Assembly (NCBI GenBank): GCA_963727255.1
Contig: CAVSFC010000002.1
Span: forward strand, 480,001-544,000
Origin: an uncultured bacterium
Lineage (GTDB): Bacteria > Babelota > Babeliae > Babelales > Vermiphilaceae
Direction of reading: 5' to 3'
DNA length: 64,000 nt
Both the position numbers and the translations under genes were made by a program. The notes under the pieces were generated by a model. The model was not told the DNA's origin, made no database searches, and saw only the letters and a list, made by a program, of their open reading frames with translations. Shown here one piece after another: positions 51,712 through 62,156 of the stretch (the first letter of the stretch is position 1; each line of letters opens with the position of its first letter).

Positions 51712-52896
51712 ATGAAACGGCTATTACTCATTCTCGGCATACTTGTGCTTTCGGCACAGGCAATGGAATTGCCAACCAAGCAGCTTTCTTTGCTTGAGGT
51801 TTTACCCGATGAGCTTAAGGTGGAAATTTTCAAAGCCTTAACCTCAGTTGAAAAAGAAACAAAAGATAAGGCATTAGCGCAAGCTGCCAAAAATATTCGT
51901 GCCTTGAGTGTAACGAGTAGCACATTCGCAGTGTTAGCAAAAGATAAAAAATTGACCGGTGAGCTTATTAAAGAATTAGCGGACCGATATACCGACGGTG
52001 ATTTGGTTAAAGCAGCCATCGCATTAGGAACTGATGCAGCGAGTGAATGGATCACATCTCAAGTGAATCCATATATCCAAGGTGCTATTTCGGACAAATT
52101 AGTGGAAGCAAGTAAATATGACGATGTTAAAGCGGTACAGTTTTTTTTAAAATATCTTCCTAAAGATCGGGTAGATGTGATTGTGAATGGCATGACGCCG
52201 TTAATGTATGCTGTAGGCAATAAACATGAAAAAATTGTTGATTTATTGCTTGTAGCAGGAGCAGATGTGAATGCGCAAAATGATGCGGGCACGACCCCTT
52301 TGATTTTTGCAATATTTGCAGATTATCTTCCTACCTTAGACCGATTGTTGAAAGCTCCGTTGATTGATCTTAATAAAAAAAATAATTTAAATCGCACGCC
52401 ATTAGCTATTGCTCTCTCGCTTGACTTGAAAAATCGATACGTAATAATCAATAAGTTAATTGCAGCAGGGGCTGATGTTAATATGCGCGATGCAAGTGGA
52501 TCGACTCCTTTGATATTGGCAATCGATGAAGAAAATGTTAAATTAATAGATTTATTATTGTTTGCCGGAGCGGATCCAAACATCAAATCTAACAATGGAA
52601 CTACTGCATTAATAGTTGCAGCGCGCAGAGGATTAAAAAATATCGTGCAAGCGCTCCTTAGTGCAAAGGCCGAAATCAATGCGCAAGACAATCAGAATCA
52701 AACAGCACTCCTGGTTGCTACCTTGTATAGTCAGTATTTTGTCGCTAAACAACTGCTTGAAGCCGGCGCAAATCCAAATCTGAAAGATAATGCGAACCGA
52801 ACGCCACTCTGGTATTTAAAAGAGCAGGCAAGGCGTTCTGGCAATGTGAACATTGATATGTTTATTGCCTTACTTAAAAAATATGGAGCCAAATAA
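51712..52896 (+). CDS. Secreted ankyrin-repeat protein with F-box-like N-terminal motif (ank3)
   Basis: Paralog of ank1 and ank2. Confidence 0.88.
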   Translation: MKRLLLILGILVLSAQAMELPTKQLSLLEVLPDELKVEIFKALTSVEKETKDKALAQAAKNIRALSVTSSTFAVLAKDKKLTGELIKELADRYTDGDLVKAAIALGTDAASEWITSQVNPYIQGAISDKLVEASKYDDVKAVQFFLKYLPKDRVDVIVNGMTPLMYAVGNKHEKIVDLLLVAGADVNAQNDAGTTPLIFAIFADYLPTLDRLLKAPLIDLNKKNNLNRTPLAIALSLDLKNRYVIINKLIAAGADVNMRDASGSTPLILAIDEENVKLIDLLLFAGADPNIKSNNGTTALIVAARRGLKNIVQALLSAKAEINAQDNQNQTALLVATLYSQYFVAKQLLEAGANPNLKDNANRTPLWYLKEQARRSGNVNIDMFIALLKKYGAK

Positions 52897-52910
52897 AAAA
52901 GGAAAAAATA

Positions 52911-53756
52911 ATGAAGTCTATTTGGAAAGGGACAATCTCATTTGGGTTGGTAAGCATACCAGTCCGTTTATATTCAGCTATACAAGAGCATGTGCTTGGT
53001 TTTAAAATGCTGCATAATAAATGCCATACACCGATCACCTATCTACGCTGGTGCAGTCATTGCAAAAAAGAAGTTCCCTGGAATGATATTGTAAAAGGCT
53101 TAAAGCTTGAAGATGGTTCATATGCAGTGCTTACTCAAGAAAAGATAAAAGAGCTCAGGCCGCAAAAAAGTGATGCAATTACCATAGTGGAATTTGTTTC
53201 AGCTTCTCAAATCCAACCCATTTATCTTGAACACCATTATTATCTGGGACCAGAGAAAGCGGGCGAAGCAGCATTTTATTTATTTAAAAAAGCCTTAGAA
53301 AAATCTGGCAAAGTAGCAATTGGCACCTTTGTGATGCGCGATAAAGAATATGCGTGTGTAATCAATCCCTATGATAAAACCATGCTTCTTTCTACCCTCA
53401 ATTATGCCTATGAAATCCGAGATCTTAAAGAAGTTCCGAATCTTGAGAAAGAGCCAAAACAAATTAGTGCGGCCGAGCTAAAACTTGCTGAACAATTAAT
53501 TAATCAGATCACTGTCAAAAAATTTAATCTAGGCCAATTTAAAGATACTTTTGCTGAGCAATTAATGGCGGCAATTAAAAAGAGTAAAAGAGAAGGCTCA
53601 TCACGAACGGGCAGAAAAAAGAAGACAAAAGAAAAGCCACTAATCGTTGGCAAGAAGAAGGAGACCAGTTTGGCAACTGCTTTGCGCGCGAGCCTTATTG
53701 CCCCGGGAAGAAGTGACGGAATTGCGCGTGCAAAAGCAAAAGGCAAAAAACTATGA
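52911..53756 (+). CDS. ku: Non-homologous end joining protein Ku
   Basis: IWKGTISFGLVSIPVRLYSA, IVKG, YYLGP, ELKLAEQLI and a basic C-terminal tail. Confidence 0.93.
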   Translation: MKSIWKGTISFGLVSIPVRLYSAIQEHVLGFKMLHNKCHTPITYLRWCSHCKKEVPWNDIVKGLKLEDGSYAVLTQEKIKELRPQKSDAITIVEFVSASQIQPIYLEHHYYLGPEKAGEAAFYLFKKALEKSGKVAIGTFVMRDKEYACVINPYDKTMLLSTLNYAYEIRDLKEVPNLEKEPKQISAAELKLAEQLINQITVKKFNLGQFKDTFAEQLMAAIKKSKREGSSRTGRKKKTKEKPLIVGKKKETSLATALRASLIAPGRSDGIARAKAKGKKL

Positions 53757-55279
53757 AAAAAAAGTTGGTATACTGGTCTCTATTGAGTTTGCTTTTTAGC
53801 TTTGATATTTATGCGATGGAGATCCCAAAACCTGAGCCCAAGAAGCGAAAAATATTTGAACAGGTGGTACAGCCAGAAGAAGAAATAACTCTTCAAGAAT
53901 CTGAGCAGGAAAGAAAAGAGGAAATTGAACAAAAGGAAGCTAAACCTCCCGTAAAAGTGGCAAAATTTCTTTCTGGCCTCGAGGAGCTTGCGCCTGAGAT
54001 CAAAGCGCAGATCGTAAAAACTCTTACGGTTGGCGAAGGCCCCAATGAACTGAATAGATTAATTTCAGCGGTGCAAAATATTCGTGCGCTTGGAACAAGC
54101 AGCCCTGAATTTGCATTTTTATTATACGATCCAAAGACAACTGACTATCTAATCAAAGAGCTTTCAGAGCGATATACCGGAAATAATCGAGTAAGAGCAG
54201 CGATTGCTCTGGGAACCAGCGCTGCAAGTGAATGGGTTGCCTCGAATCGTAAAGAAACTTCAATAGAAGATGATATACTCAGTGAGCTTGATAAAGCATG
54301 CCGGGAGAACCATGCTGATGAGGTTAAATTCTTAGTGCAATATTTGCCTTATAATGACCCTTTAATAAATAAACCGTATGAAGACTCTATTCCAATCATA
54401 AGCGCTACGCATGAGGGTAATGAAAAAATTGTCGATTTATTAGTAAGAAAAGGGGCAAATGTTAATGCTCAAACGGTCGATTTGCATACTCCATTGATAA
54501 TAGCAGTTAATAATGAAGATAAACATCTTGTTAAATATTTTATTGAGCATAAAGCAGATAGTAATTCTAAAAGTAGTATCATCGGTTGGACTGCGCTTAT
54601 GTATGCTATTTTGCTGGAGAGTCTTGCAATTTTTGACGAATTACTTACCGCTCAAGACATTCAGGTTGATGTAAAAAATAATGACGGGGCTACGGCACTT
54701 ATTATTGCTGCTAGTCGTGGCCAATATGAAATGGTAAAACGATTGATTGCCAAAAATGCCAATCTCGATATTAGTGATACCAATGGAACTACTGCTTTAA
54801 TGTTTGCAATCACAAATAGACATACCAACGTTGCTCGCGAGCTCATAGACAAAGGCGCAAACATTAATTTACGAAGAAATGATGGGGTATCTGCATTCAT
54901 GATAGCTGTTGATTTCAATAACTTGGAGCTGGTTGATCTTTTATTACAAAAGGGGGCTGAAATTAATGGTAAAGGCCCTTTAGGTATGACAGCGCTGATA
55001 GAAGCGGCTATGACAGGTAAAGAAGCGATTGTACAGCGTTTACTTGGTGCGCGCGCAGATGTTAACAGTAAAGATAATGCGGGAATGACGGCACTCATGT
55101 ATGCAATTCAAAATCAATATCCTGCAATTGTGGAGCTGCTTCTTGATGAGAAGGGCATTAATGCCAATTTACAAGATTCGCAAGGGCATTCTGCTTTCTG
55201 GTATGCGCAGCAATTGCCAGATGGAACAGATAAAAAAGAAATTTTAGAAGTATTTCAGGAACATTGCATCACGCAATAG
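53753..55279 (+). CDS. Secreted ankyrin-repeat protein (ank4), diverged paralog
   Basis: IYA-ME; LEELAPEIKAQI; AAIALGTSAASEW shared with ank1-3; many ankyrin repeats. Confidence 0.88.
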   Translation: MKKKLVYWSLLSLLFSFDIYAMEIPKPEPKKRKIFEQVVQPEEEITLQESEQERKEEIEQKEAKPPVKVAKFLSGLEELAPEIKAQIVKTLTVGEGPNELNRLISAVQNIRALGTSSPEFAFLLYDPKTTDYLIKELSERYTGNNRVRAAIALGTSAASEWVASNRKETSIEDDILSELDKACRENHADEVKFLVQYLPYNDPLINKPYEDSIPIISATHEGNEKIVDLLVRKGANVNAQTVDLHTPLIIAVNNEDKHLVKYFIEHKADSNSKSSIIGWTALMYAILLESLAIFDELLTAQDIQVDVKNNDGATALIIAASRGQYEMVKRLIAKNANLDISDTNGTTALMFAITNRHTNVARELIDKGANINLRRNDGVSAFMIAVDFNNLELVDLLLQKGAEINGKGPLGMTALIEAAMTGKEAIVQRLLGARADVNSKDNAGMTALMYAIQNQYPAIVELLLDEKGINANLQDSQGHSAFWYAQQLPDGTDKKEILEVFQEHCITQ

Positions 55280-55703
55280 CATCATGAGTGCCAGCGTGCT
55301 GCGCACGAACGCGGCTTGCATATTCAATCAAAAGCTGAAAAATCCTAACTTTTACTGATTCGGGCAAATTCATAAACCAATCTTGGACTTGCTGTTGGGT
55401 TACTGGCCCACGAATTTCAATCCCTTTGCATGCTTGCACAATAATATTAATCACATTGCCTAGGGCTTGAAAAAGCGCCGGCCCAGCGACTGCAGGATTC
55501 TTTGGATCGGTGGTTAAGGTACCAAGTGCCACAAGCATATTGCTAAAGTTGGCCAAAATTACTTCACCATCAACATCATCATCCTCTACTTCTGTTTGCG
55601 CAACTTGAGTTTGTGCTTTTTCAGGCTTTGCTTTGGTATGGAGTATGATTGGATCAGCAGATGCTGTCAGGCTTACTAAAATTAGTAAAAATAATTGCTT
55701 CAT
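55269..55703 (-). CDS. Secreted hypothetical protein
   Basis: AAGGAG Shine-Dalgarno and signal peptide. Confidence 0.65.
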   Translation of the reverse strand: MKQLFLLILVSLTASADPIILHTKAKPEKAQTQVAQTEVEDDDVDGEVILANFSNMLVALGTLTTDPKNPAVAGPALFQALGNVINIIVQACKGIEIRGPVTQQQVQDWFMNLPESVKVRIFQLLIEYASRVRAQHAGTHDAIA

Positions 55704-55724
55704 GATCTCCTTTTATTTTGAAGA

Positions 55725-57041
55725 TTACTCATCTATTATTGGATCTTTACCTGCATTTTTTTCTTCAAAAACCAGAACTTGCAATACACGCTTATTGCTT
55801 GCTTTCTGAACTTGGAAATAATAATTCTTATAGAGCAATCGTTCACCTTTTTTTGGAAGATGCTGAAGTTGCTCGGTGATGAATCCGCCAAGCGTTACTG
55901 AGCCTTCTGTTTCAAAAGAGATGTGCAAAAGATCGGTAACATCCTCAAGGGGCGTGCTCGCATCAACGAGCCATCCGCCCTGCTTAAGTTCAATGATATG
56001 TTCTTTGCTTGCTTCCAATTCATCGCGTAATTCCCCCACAATCTGCTCAAGAACATCTTCAAGGGTGATCAATCCTGTAATACTTCCATGCTCATTAATA
56101 ACCACGGCAATATGCATGTGCTTGTTTTTAAATTCACGCAACATTTGGCTTACTTTAATAGATTCAGGAATAAACATAATAGGGCGCATGAGCTCTTGCA
56201 AAGACTTTTCCTCATTTTTACTCAGCAGCATAAAAATATCTTTTAAGTGCACCATGCCAAGAATGTTATCGGTTTTTTCTTCATACACGGGCAATCGAGT
56301 AAATGGGTGATTGGCAAATATTTTGAGTGTATCTTTAATCGTTGCATCGGAATTTACCATCACGATATCAGTTGCTGGAACCATTATCTCTTTTACGGGA
56401 GTGCGGCCCAATTCAAAGATATTTTGCAGCATCTCATTCTTTTCTTCTTCTATGAGCCCTTTGCCATAAATATAATCGATCAAGAATTGTATTTCTCGTT
56501 CAGAAGAAATCCATTCACTGGCAGCTTCGATCTCTTTGGTGCCGCCAAATTTTGCAACCACAAAACTCGTAAAGCGATTTAAGAAGGTAACTAATGGATA
56601 GAAGAGATAAAAAATAATGTTAACTAACCACAAGGTTGATTTAAATAATCGTTCACTGCGGCCTTTTGCGAGATTTTTGGGGATGATTTCTCCAAAAATT
56701 AATATTGCAATGGTAGCAACGGCGATCCCGAAAGAAAAACCAAGCCCGCCAGAAAGATTAAACCGCTTAAAAATTGTTTCCATGATTTGAGTTGCGAGCG
56801 CCGCGGTGGTGACATCAGCAAGCGAGTTGCAAATCAAAATGGTAATTAAAACTCGATGCGGATTCGTTTCTAAGGATTCAAATAATGTTTCATAGCGGCC
56901 GTAGCTCTTGGCCAATTCTTTTAACTTGAAGAGACGCAGTGCTGTGACACTGGTTTCTAAAAATGAGAAAAGCGCTCGAAGGCTCAACGCGATGAAAAAA
57001 AATATAATCGGTAATGTTAGCGATGTACTCAGAGTATCCAT
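55725..57041 (-). CDS. HlyC/CorC (CNNM + CBS pair + CorC) family protein
   Basis: FSFLETS, FGEIIPK, VKEIMVP, TRLPVY, GLITLEDVLEQIVGE and TLGGF motifs. Confidence 0.92.
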   Translation of the reverse strand: MDTLSTSLTLPIIFFFIALSLRALFSFLETSVTALRLFKLKELAKSYGRYETLFESLETNPHRVLITILICNSLADVTTAALATQIMETIFKRFNLSGGLGFSFGIAVATIAILIFGEIIPKNLAKGRSERLFKSTLWLVNIIFYLFYPLVTFLNRFTSFVVAKFGGTKEIEAASEWISSEREIQFLIDYIYGKGLIEEEKNEMLQNIFELGRTPVKEIMVPATDIVMVNSDATIKDTLKIFANHPFTRLPVYEEKTDNILGMVHLKDIFMLLSKNEEKSLQELMRPIMFIPESIKVSQMLREFKNKHMHIAVVINEHGSITGLITLEDVLEQIVGELRDELEASKEHIIELKQGGWLVDASTPLEDVTDLLHISFETEGSVTLGGFITEQLQHLPKKGERLLYKNYYFQVQKASNKRVLQVLVFEEKNAGKDPIIDE

Positions 57042-57074
57042 GGGTTTATGTAATTTTTCCTTTAATAGGGTTCG

Positions 57075-57175
57075 ATCCGCCTACGCCAAGGCTTTGGCGG
57101 ACAAGTACGCATTATGAATAACATTTCATTTAGTGCGCGCCTGCCCGCCATAGCTCCGAAGGAGCGACGGCAGGG
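57075..57175. repeat. Palindromic REP-like units
   Basis: TCCGCCTACGCCAAGGCTTTGGCGGA and CCTGCCCGCCATAGCTCCGAAGGAGCGACGGCAGG hairpins. Confidence 0.65.
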
Positions 57176-57194
57176 TATCAAATCTTGCTTCATT

Positions 57195-59523
57195 TTATTC
57201 AATGTCTACTGATGAATCGTCATCATCATCGGTTTCAGGGGCATTATCTTCAAAAAATTCTTGATCAAATTCTTTTTCAAAGAACGTTTTGAGTTTTTTG
57301 CTGCGTGAAGGGTGGCGGAGTTTTCGCAATGCTTTAACTTCGATCTGCCTGATGCGTTCACGCGTTACGGAAAAGTCTTTACCAACTTCTTCAAGAGTGT
57401 GCTCAGAGGCGACATCTATTCCGAAGCGCATTTTGAGTACTTTTTCTTCACGTGGTGTCAGCGATTTTAATACTTCCCGCACTCGTTCTTTTAAATCATT
57501 ATTGGCAACCGTATCGGATGGCGAGAAATCTGAATCGCTTTCAATGAAATCTTTAATTGAAGCGTCTTCACTATCGCCAACGGGAGTTTCAAGCGAAATT
57601 GGCTCTTTTGAAATCTTGATAATGTTTTTAATTTTCTTCTCATCAATATTCAGTTCTTTTGCCAATTCAGCATAACTTGGCTCGCGGCCATGCTCCTGAA
57701 TAAACGTGCGCTTAATTTTGTTAATTTTGTTAAGCGTTTCAACCATATGAACGGGAACCCGAATAGTACGCGATTGATCAGCGATTGCACGCGTAATTGC
57801 CTGGCGGATCCACCATGTTGCATAGGTTGAGAATTTAAATCCACGCTCAAATTCGAATTTCTCTACTGCTTTCATGAGGCCAATATTACCTTCTTGGATT
57901 AAATCAAGAAAATGTAACCCGCGGTTCACATATTTTTTGGCGATATTAACCACCAAGCGCAGGTTTGCTTTTGCCAGATCATCTTTAGCACGTTTATCTT
58001 TATTTTGGGCTGTCATTAATAGATTAAACGTTTTAAACATCAGCGGTTGATTCATTCCTACTTCGGTTTCAATCTTCTTGATGCTTTTAACAGAGCTTCG
58101 CAAATTGCGTTCAAGCTCTTCCATCACTGATCGATCTTCAGCCGAGATGGTGGTCATGCCTTGATATGCCTTAAGCTGGTCTTGGGAGAACCTGATGATA
58201 TCTTCTTTTTCTTTGATTTTCTTTATGTATTTTTCAATCTTTTTGGCAAGTTTTTTAATCAGCTTATTAGAAAGTTTGATGGTGCGAATGGTTTCGCCAA
58301 TCTTTTCTTTATTGAGACGTACCTTCTTAAGCATCTCATCTTTTTTTGCTTCGCTATCAAGCTTGCCACGGTAGCTCAAATAGATTTTTTCTTCATTATC
58401 AATAAGATCTCTAATGCTATTGATAGTAAGCAGAAGTGCTTTTTTCTCTTCTTCAATATTTGGAGAATTTTCTTCATCAAATTCAGAGAACTGAATGATA
58501 TCTTTGAGCGGTAAACTATTTTGCTGGAGCTTTTCACCGATCGTTACAAATTCTTTATGAATCACTGGAAAGCGAGAAAGCGAATCAATAGATTCTTTTT
58601 TGCTTGAAGCAATTTTTTCTGCAATAACCGTTTCTGTTTTTTTATTGAGCAAAGGAATTTTACCGATATCGCGCAAATAACATTTTACCGGATCGGTAAT
58701 TTGCGAGCTGCCCGCTTCTCGGGTTACCTCTTTTTCTTCCTCTTCGGCCTCTTCTTCAGCTTCATCTTCATCAAATTGATCGGCTTGAAGATCCAGCGAA
58801 CTTTCTAATTTTGTTTTAACATCTAAGCGAGCTCCTTCGCCTTCTTCTTCGATGCCATCAAGAGAGGCAACTTCATTTTCAAGCTCATCTTGCATGATAA
58901 GATCGATATGCTCTTTATCTAACGTGCGCAAGATCTCATTAATTTCTGATTCAACCAGATGATTTTTGTCACCGAATTCAATAATTTCTTCATAGGTTAA
59001 GAAATTGGCCCGTTTGCCTTTTTCAATGAGCTCTTCAATAAGCTCTTTTTTAAGATCGGTTGTGTGTGGTTTTACTACCGCCTTTCCTTCAAATTCTTCC
59101 ATTGCCGCGCGTTGTGCTCTTGCAGCAGGAGTTATAGATTTTTTGCTTGCCGGTGCTTTGGCTACGGGAGCTTTTACTATTGAAGGGGATACCTTAGGTG
59201 ATTGAGTAGGAGCTGTTTTTACTTGTTTGATTGGAGCAGCAGTTTTAGCCTTTGTGATTGGTTGAGCAGATTTAATAGGCGGCTTTGGTTTAGTAGTCGC
59301 TTTGCCTGCCTGTTGCTTAATAGCTGCCTTAGCAACCAGAGCTTTTGTTTTCTGCGGGGCCCGAACTTGTTTTTGCGCTTGCTTTGCTTGTGGGCGCACG
59401 GGTTTTCCTGCTTTGCGAGCTGCTGGAGCTTTTTTGGCACGTGCAGGTTTTTTTTTTTGGTGCTTTTGCAGGCTGCTTTTTGCCTTTTACAAATTCGGTT
59501 ATTCTTTTAAACAATGTTTTCAT
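57195..59523 (-). CDS. rpoD: RNA polymerase sigma factor RpoD with long Lys/Ala/Pro-rich N-terminal extension (frameshift in the poly-T tract near 59450)
   Basis: [59 protein letters not shown]. Start MKTLFK at 59523, just after dnaG. Confidence 0.93.
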
Positions 59524-59531
59524 ATGACCCC

Positions 59532-61307
59532 CTACTCAGGTAACCTGTTACCAATAATTTTTTTTTGTAAATCAGTAAAATTACGTACTAACGATGCAAA
59601 TTCTGCATCATTGCCAATTTTCTTAGCTGCTTCCAATTTTATTCTTATATTATTTACAATGAGTTTCCAATGTTTCTTTTGTAATTGGGTTAGCAACTGA
59701 TCAAAAAGGCTCTCCCTGATGTCTTCTTGGTTCTCCAAAATAGTTCTACTCACTAATTGCTGATCATTCTGATCGAGCATTTCAAAAAATTGAATAAACC
59801 CTAATGTTGGGACCTTTTTTTTCTCTTCCTGCAGTTTTTTTAGTATATCGCATAATGGATGGGGAAGATAGGTGATGAGGAATTCCTCATTATCTTTATT
59901 TATCAATTGTATGTTGTTCATTATACTAAAAAATATTTTATTTTCTAGTGTGGCAATTACGCCTCCATCGCTCTTCGCTAGCTGGAGGGGGGTAGGGCCC
60001 ATGCTCGGCAAAGCTTTTGGCTGATTCGGCCCCCTTGCGATCCGGCGTAGCTCTTTTTTGAGCGATTCAAAAGGAATTCCTAAATGCTTGCTCGCATTTT
60101 GCAGCAGAATATCTTGCTTGAGCGGCTCGTCCAGCTTTTGGATCATCTCCAGGATCTTGCGGGTTACCTGCAGCTTGCCGGCAAGGAGCTGGTTGCCAAA
60201 ATCAGCCCCGAGAGTTTCGATGAAAAAGGCAAAAATATCCTTTGCTTGTGCAATATAGGGTTCCAAAGAAAGATTGTTGGTTAAAAATGATGCCGGATCT
60301 TCCGTTGCTGCCAAACGAATCACTTTAAGATCTATGCTTGCTTGCCAGCAGAGTTGCCCAATGCGCAGGATGGCCTGTTGCCCGGCATTATCCCCATCAT
60401 ATAATACATAGAGTTGCTGGGCATATCGCGAAAGTGCGGTCAGATGGTCAACGGTGCAGGCGGTCCCCAAGGTTGCTACCGTATTGGCATAGCCATATTG
60501 TGCCATCATAATGCAATCAGTGTACCCTTCAACCAGGAAAACGGCTCCTGTTTGCTGAATATCTTTTTTTGCCTTATCGAGCCCAAAAAGAAGATGTCCT
60601 TTGGCAAAATGTTCATTTTCATGCGAGTTATAATATTTGGGCCGAGTATCATTCGATTTAAAAATGCGCCCCCCAAATCCGCAAAATCTGCCTAAATGAT
60701 CGGTAATGGGAAAGATAATTCGTTCTTCAAAGGGTGAAAAGAGGATATTTTTTCCCTTTGAAAGAATATGAGCATCAAGCAGATCATCGACCAAAATATT
60801 TTCTTTGGCCATATCGGTAGTAAACCGTTTTACTGCGGCAAGCCCGCCAGGAAAATAGCCAAGAGTAAAAGTAGTAATGCTTTTTTTTGTTATATTACGT
60901 TTTGAGCAATATGAGAATGCATCAGCTGATTTGAGAAGCTGCTCATGGCACCATTGAGCAACCAGTTGGCAAATATGATAATATCGCTTATCATCGGAAT
61001 TGCTGTTGCCCAGATCTGTGGCCAGCGTTGAAGGAAGTTCGATTTGATAGCGTTCAATTAAATGTTTGGCTGCTTCAATCTGCGAGCATTGCTCTTTGCG
61101 CGCGATAAAGGCGATCACATCCCCGCCAACATGGCATCCAAAGCAATAAAATATTTCTTTATGCGGGCTTACGGTAAATGATGCAGTTTTTTCCGCATGA
61201 AACGGGCATTGGCCTTTCCAATAAAGACCGGCTCTTTTTAATGTTGCATATTCACTCACAACATCCAAAATGGCAATACGTGTTTTAAGATAACTGAACA
61301 GATTCAT
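59532..61307 (-). CDS. dnaG: DNA primase
   Basis: CPFHAEKTASF..CFGC zinc finger, GFGGR, KYYNS, VEGYTD and YDGDNAG TOPRIM motifs. Confidence 0.95.
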   Translation of the reverse strand: MNLFSYLKTRIAILDVVSEYATLKRAGLYWKGQCPFHAEKTASFTVSPHKEIFYCFGCHVGGDVIAFIARKEQCSQIEAAKHLIERYQIELPSTLATDLGNSNSDDKRYYHICQLVAQWCHEQLLKSADAFSYCSKRNITKKSITTFTLGYFPGGLAAVKRFTTDMAKENILVDDLLDAHILSKGKNILFSPFEERIIFPITDHLGRFCGFGGRIFKSNDTRPKYYNSHENEHFAKGHLLFGLDKAKKDIQQTGAVFLVEGYTDCIMMAQYGYANTVATLGTACTVDHLTALSRYAQQLYVLYDGDNAGQQAILRIGQLCWQASIDLKVIRLAATEDPASFLTNNLSLEPYIAQAKDIFAFFIETLGADFGNQLLAGKLQVTRKILEMIQKLDEPLKQDILLQNASKHLGIPFESLKKELRRIARGPNQPKALPSMGPTPLQLAKSDGGVIATLENKIFFSIMNNIQLINKDNEEFLITYLPHPLCDILKKLQEEKKKVPTLGFIQFFEMLDQNDQQLVSRTILENQEDIRESLFDQLLTQLQKKHWKLIVNNIRIKLEAAKKIGNDAEFASLVRNFTDLQKKIIGNRLPE

Positions 61308-62092
61308 GAGTGTGCACGCTTATTTTTACCAAACGTTATGATGGCAAATACAATGCCTGCGCAAAGCGCAATAATACTCGCCACTAATTGGGGAACCGAT
61401 AAAAACTGCAATCCTGAAGTTGATAAGAATTCTCGATCTGCTCGCCACAAGTCTACAAAAAAACGTTCCAGGCTCATCAAGAAGAGATATGCACAAATAA
61501 GTTGGCCCGGTTTTTTAAAATAATACTGCAACACAAAATAGAGTAGTAAAAAGATTGCTAACAAACCAAAAGCGCTATAAAGCTGGGTGGGATGGAGTGG
61601 TTTATAAGCGAATTCGGGAATCCCACATTCATTATTTATTACCCCGAATGGCAATGAGGTTGGTAATCCAAAACAACATCCGGCAAAAAAGCAACCAATG
61701 CGAGAAATTGCCTGCAAGAGAGGTGCATAGATTGCAGCTAAATCGAGTAATTCTACGATTTTTATCTTCCTTTTTTTAAGGTAGAGGGGCATTACCAATA
61801 AAAGTGCGATGACCGCTCCCAATAATGAAAAACCGCCCAACCAAAATGCAAAGATGTTCCACCACGGTTTAATCTGTTTCCAATGGCTAAGCACAAATAA
61901 TGATCTGCCTCCGATTAGAGCGGCCAGAATAGCAAGCGATAATGTATTAAAATATTGATCTGTGCTGATCAATCGAGTTCGTTTGGGATCAGAAAGTATC
62001 AGGGCGCTAAATACCACCAATCCAATGATGATAAATAACCCGAAGCTATTGATGGCCAGTGGGCCATACAGATGTACTAATTCTCGATGCAT
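61304..62092 (-). CDS. lgt: Prolipoprotein diacylglyceryl transferase
   Basis: GGFSLLG, RIGCFFAGCCFG, HPTQLY and RFFVDLWR motifs. Confidence 0.92.
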   Translation of the reverse strand: MHRELVHLYGPLAINSFGLFIIIGLVVFSALILSDPKRTRLISTDQYFNTLSLAILAALIGGRSLFVLSHWKQIKPWWNIFAFWLGGFSLLGAVIALLLVMPLYLKKRKIKIVELLDLAAIYAPLLQAISRIGCFFAGCCFGLPTSLPFGVINNECGIPEFAYKPLHPTQLYSAFGLLAIFLLLYFVLQYYFKKPGQLICAYLFLMSLERFFVDLWRADREFLSTSGLQFLSVPQLVASIIALCAGIVFAIITFGKNKRAHS

Positions 62093-62156
62093 AAAATGCG
62101 TATCTTTTTTTATAAATTGTTTGGGTGAATTTGTAATGAAGTATACAGGCCTAGAA

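Noticed and set aside
49135..52896. Diversity-generating retroelement behind the ankyrin duplications
   Set aside because: No reverse transcriptase, and differences between copies are not adenine-specific.
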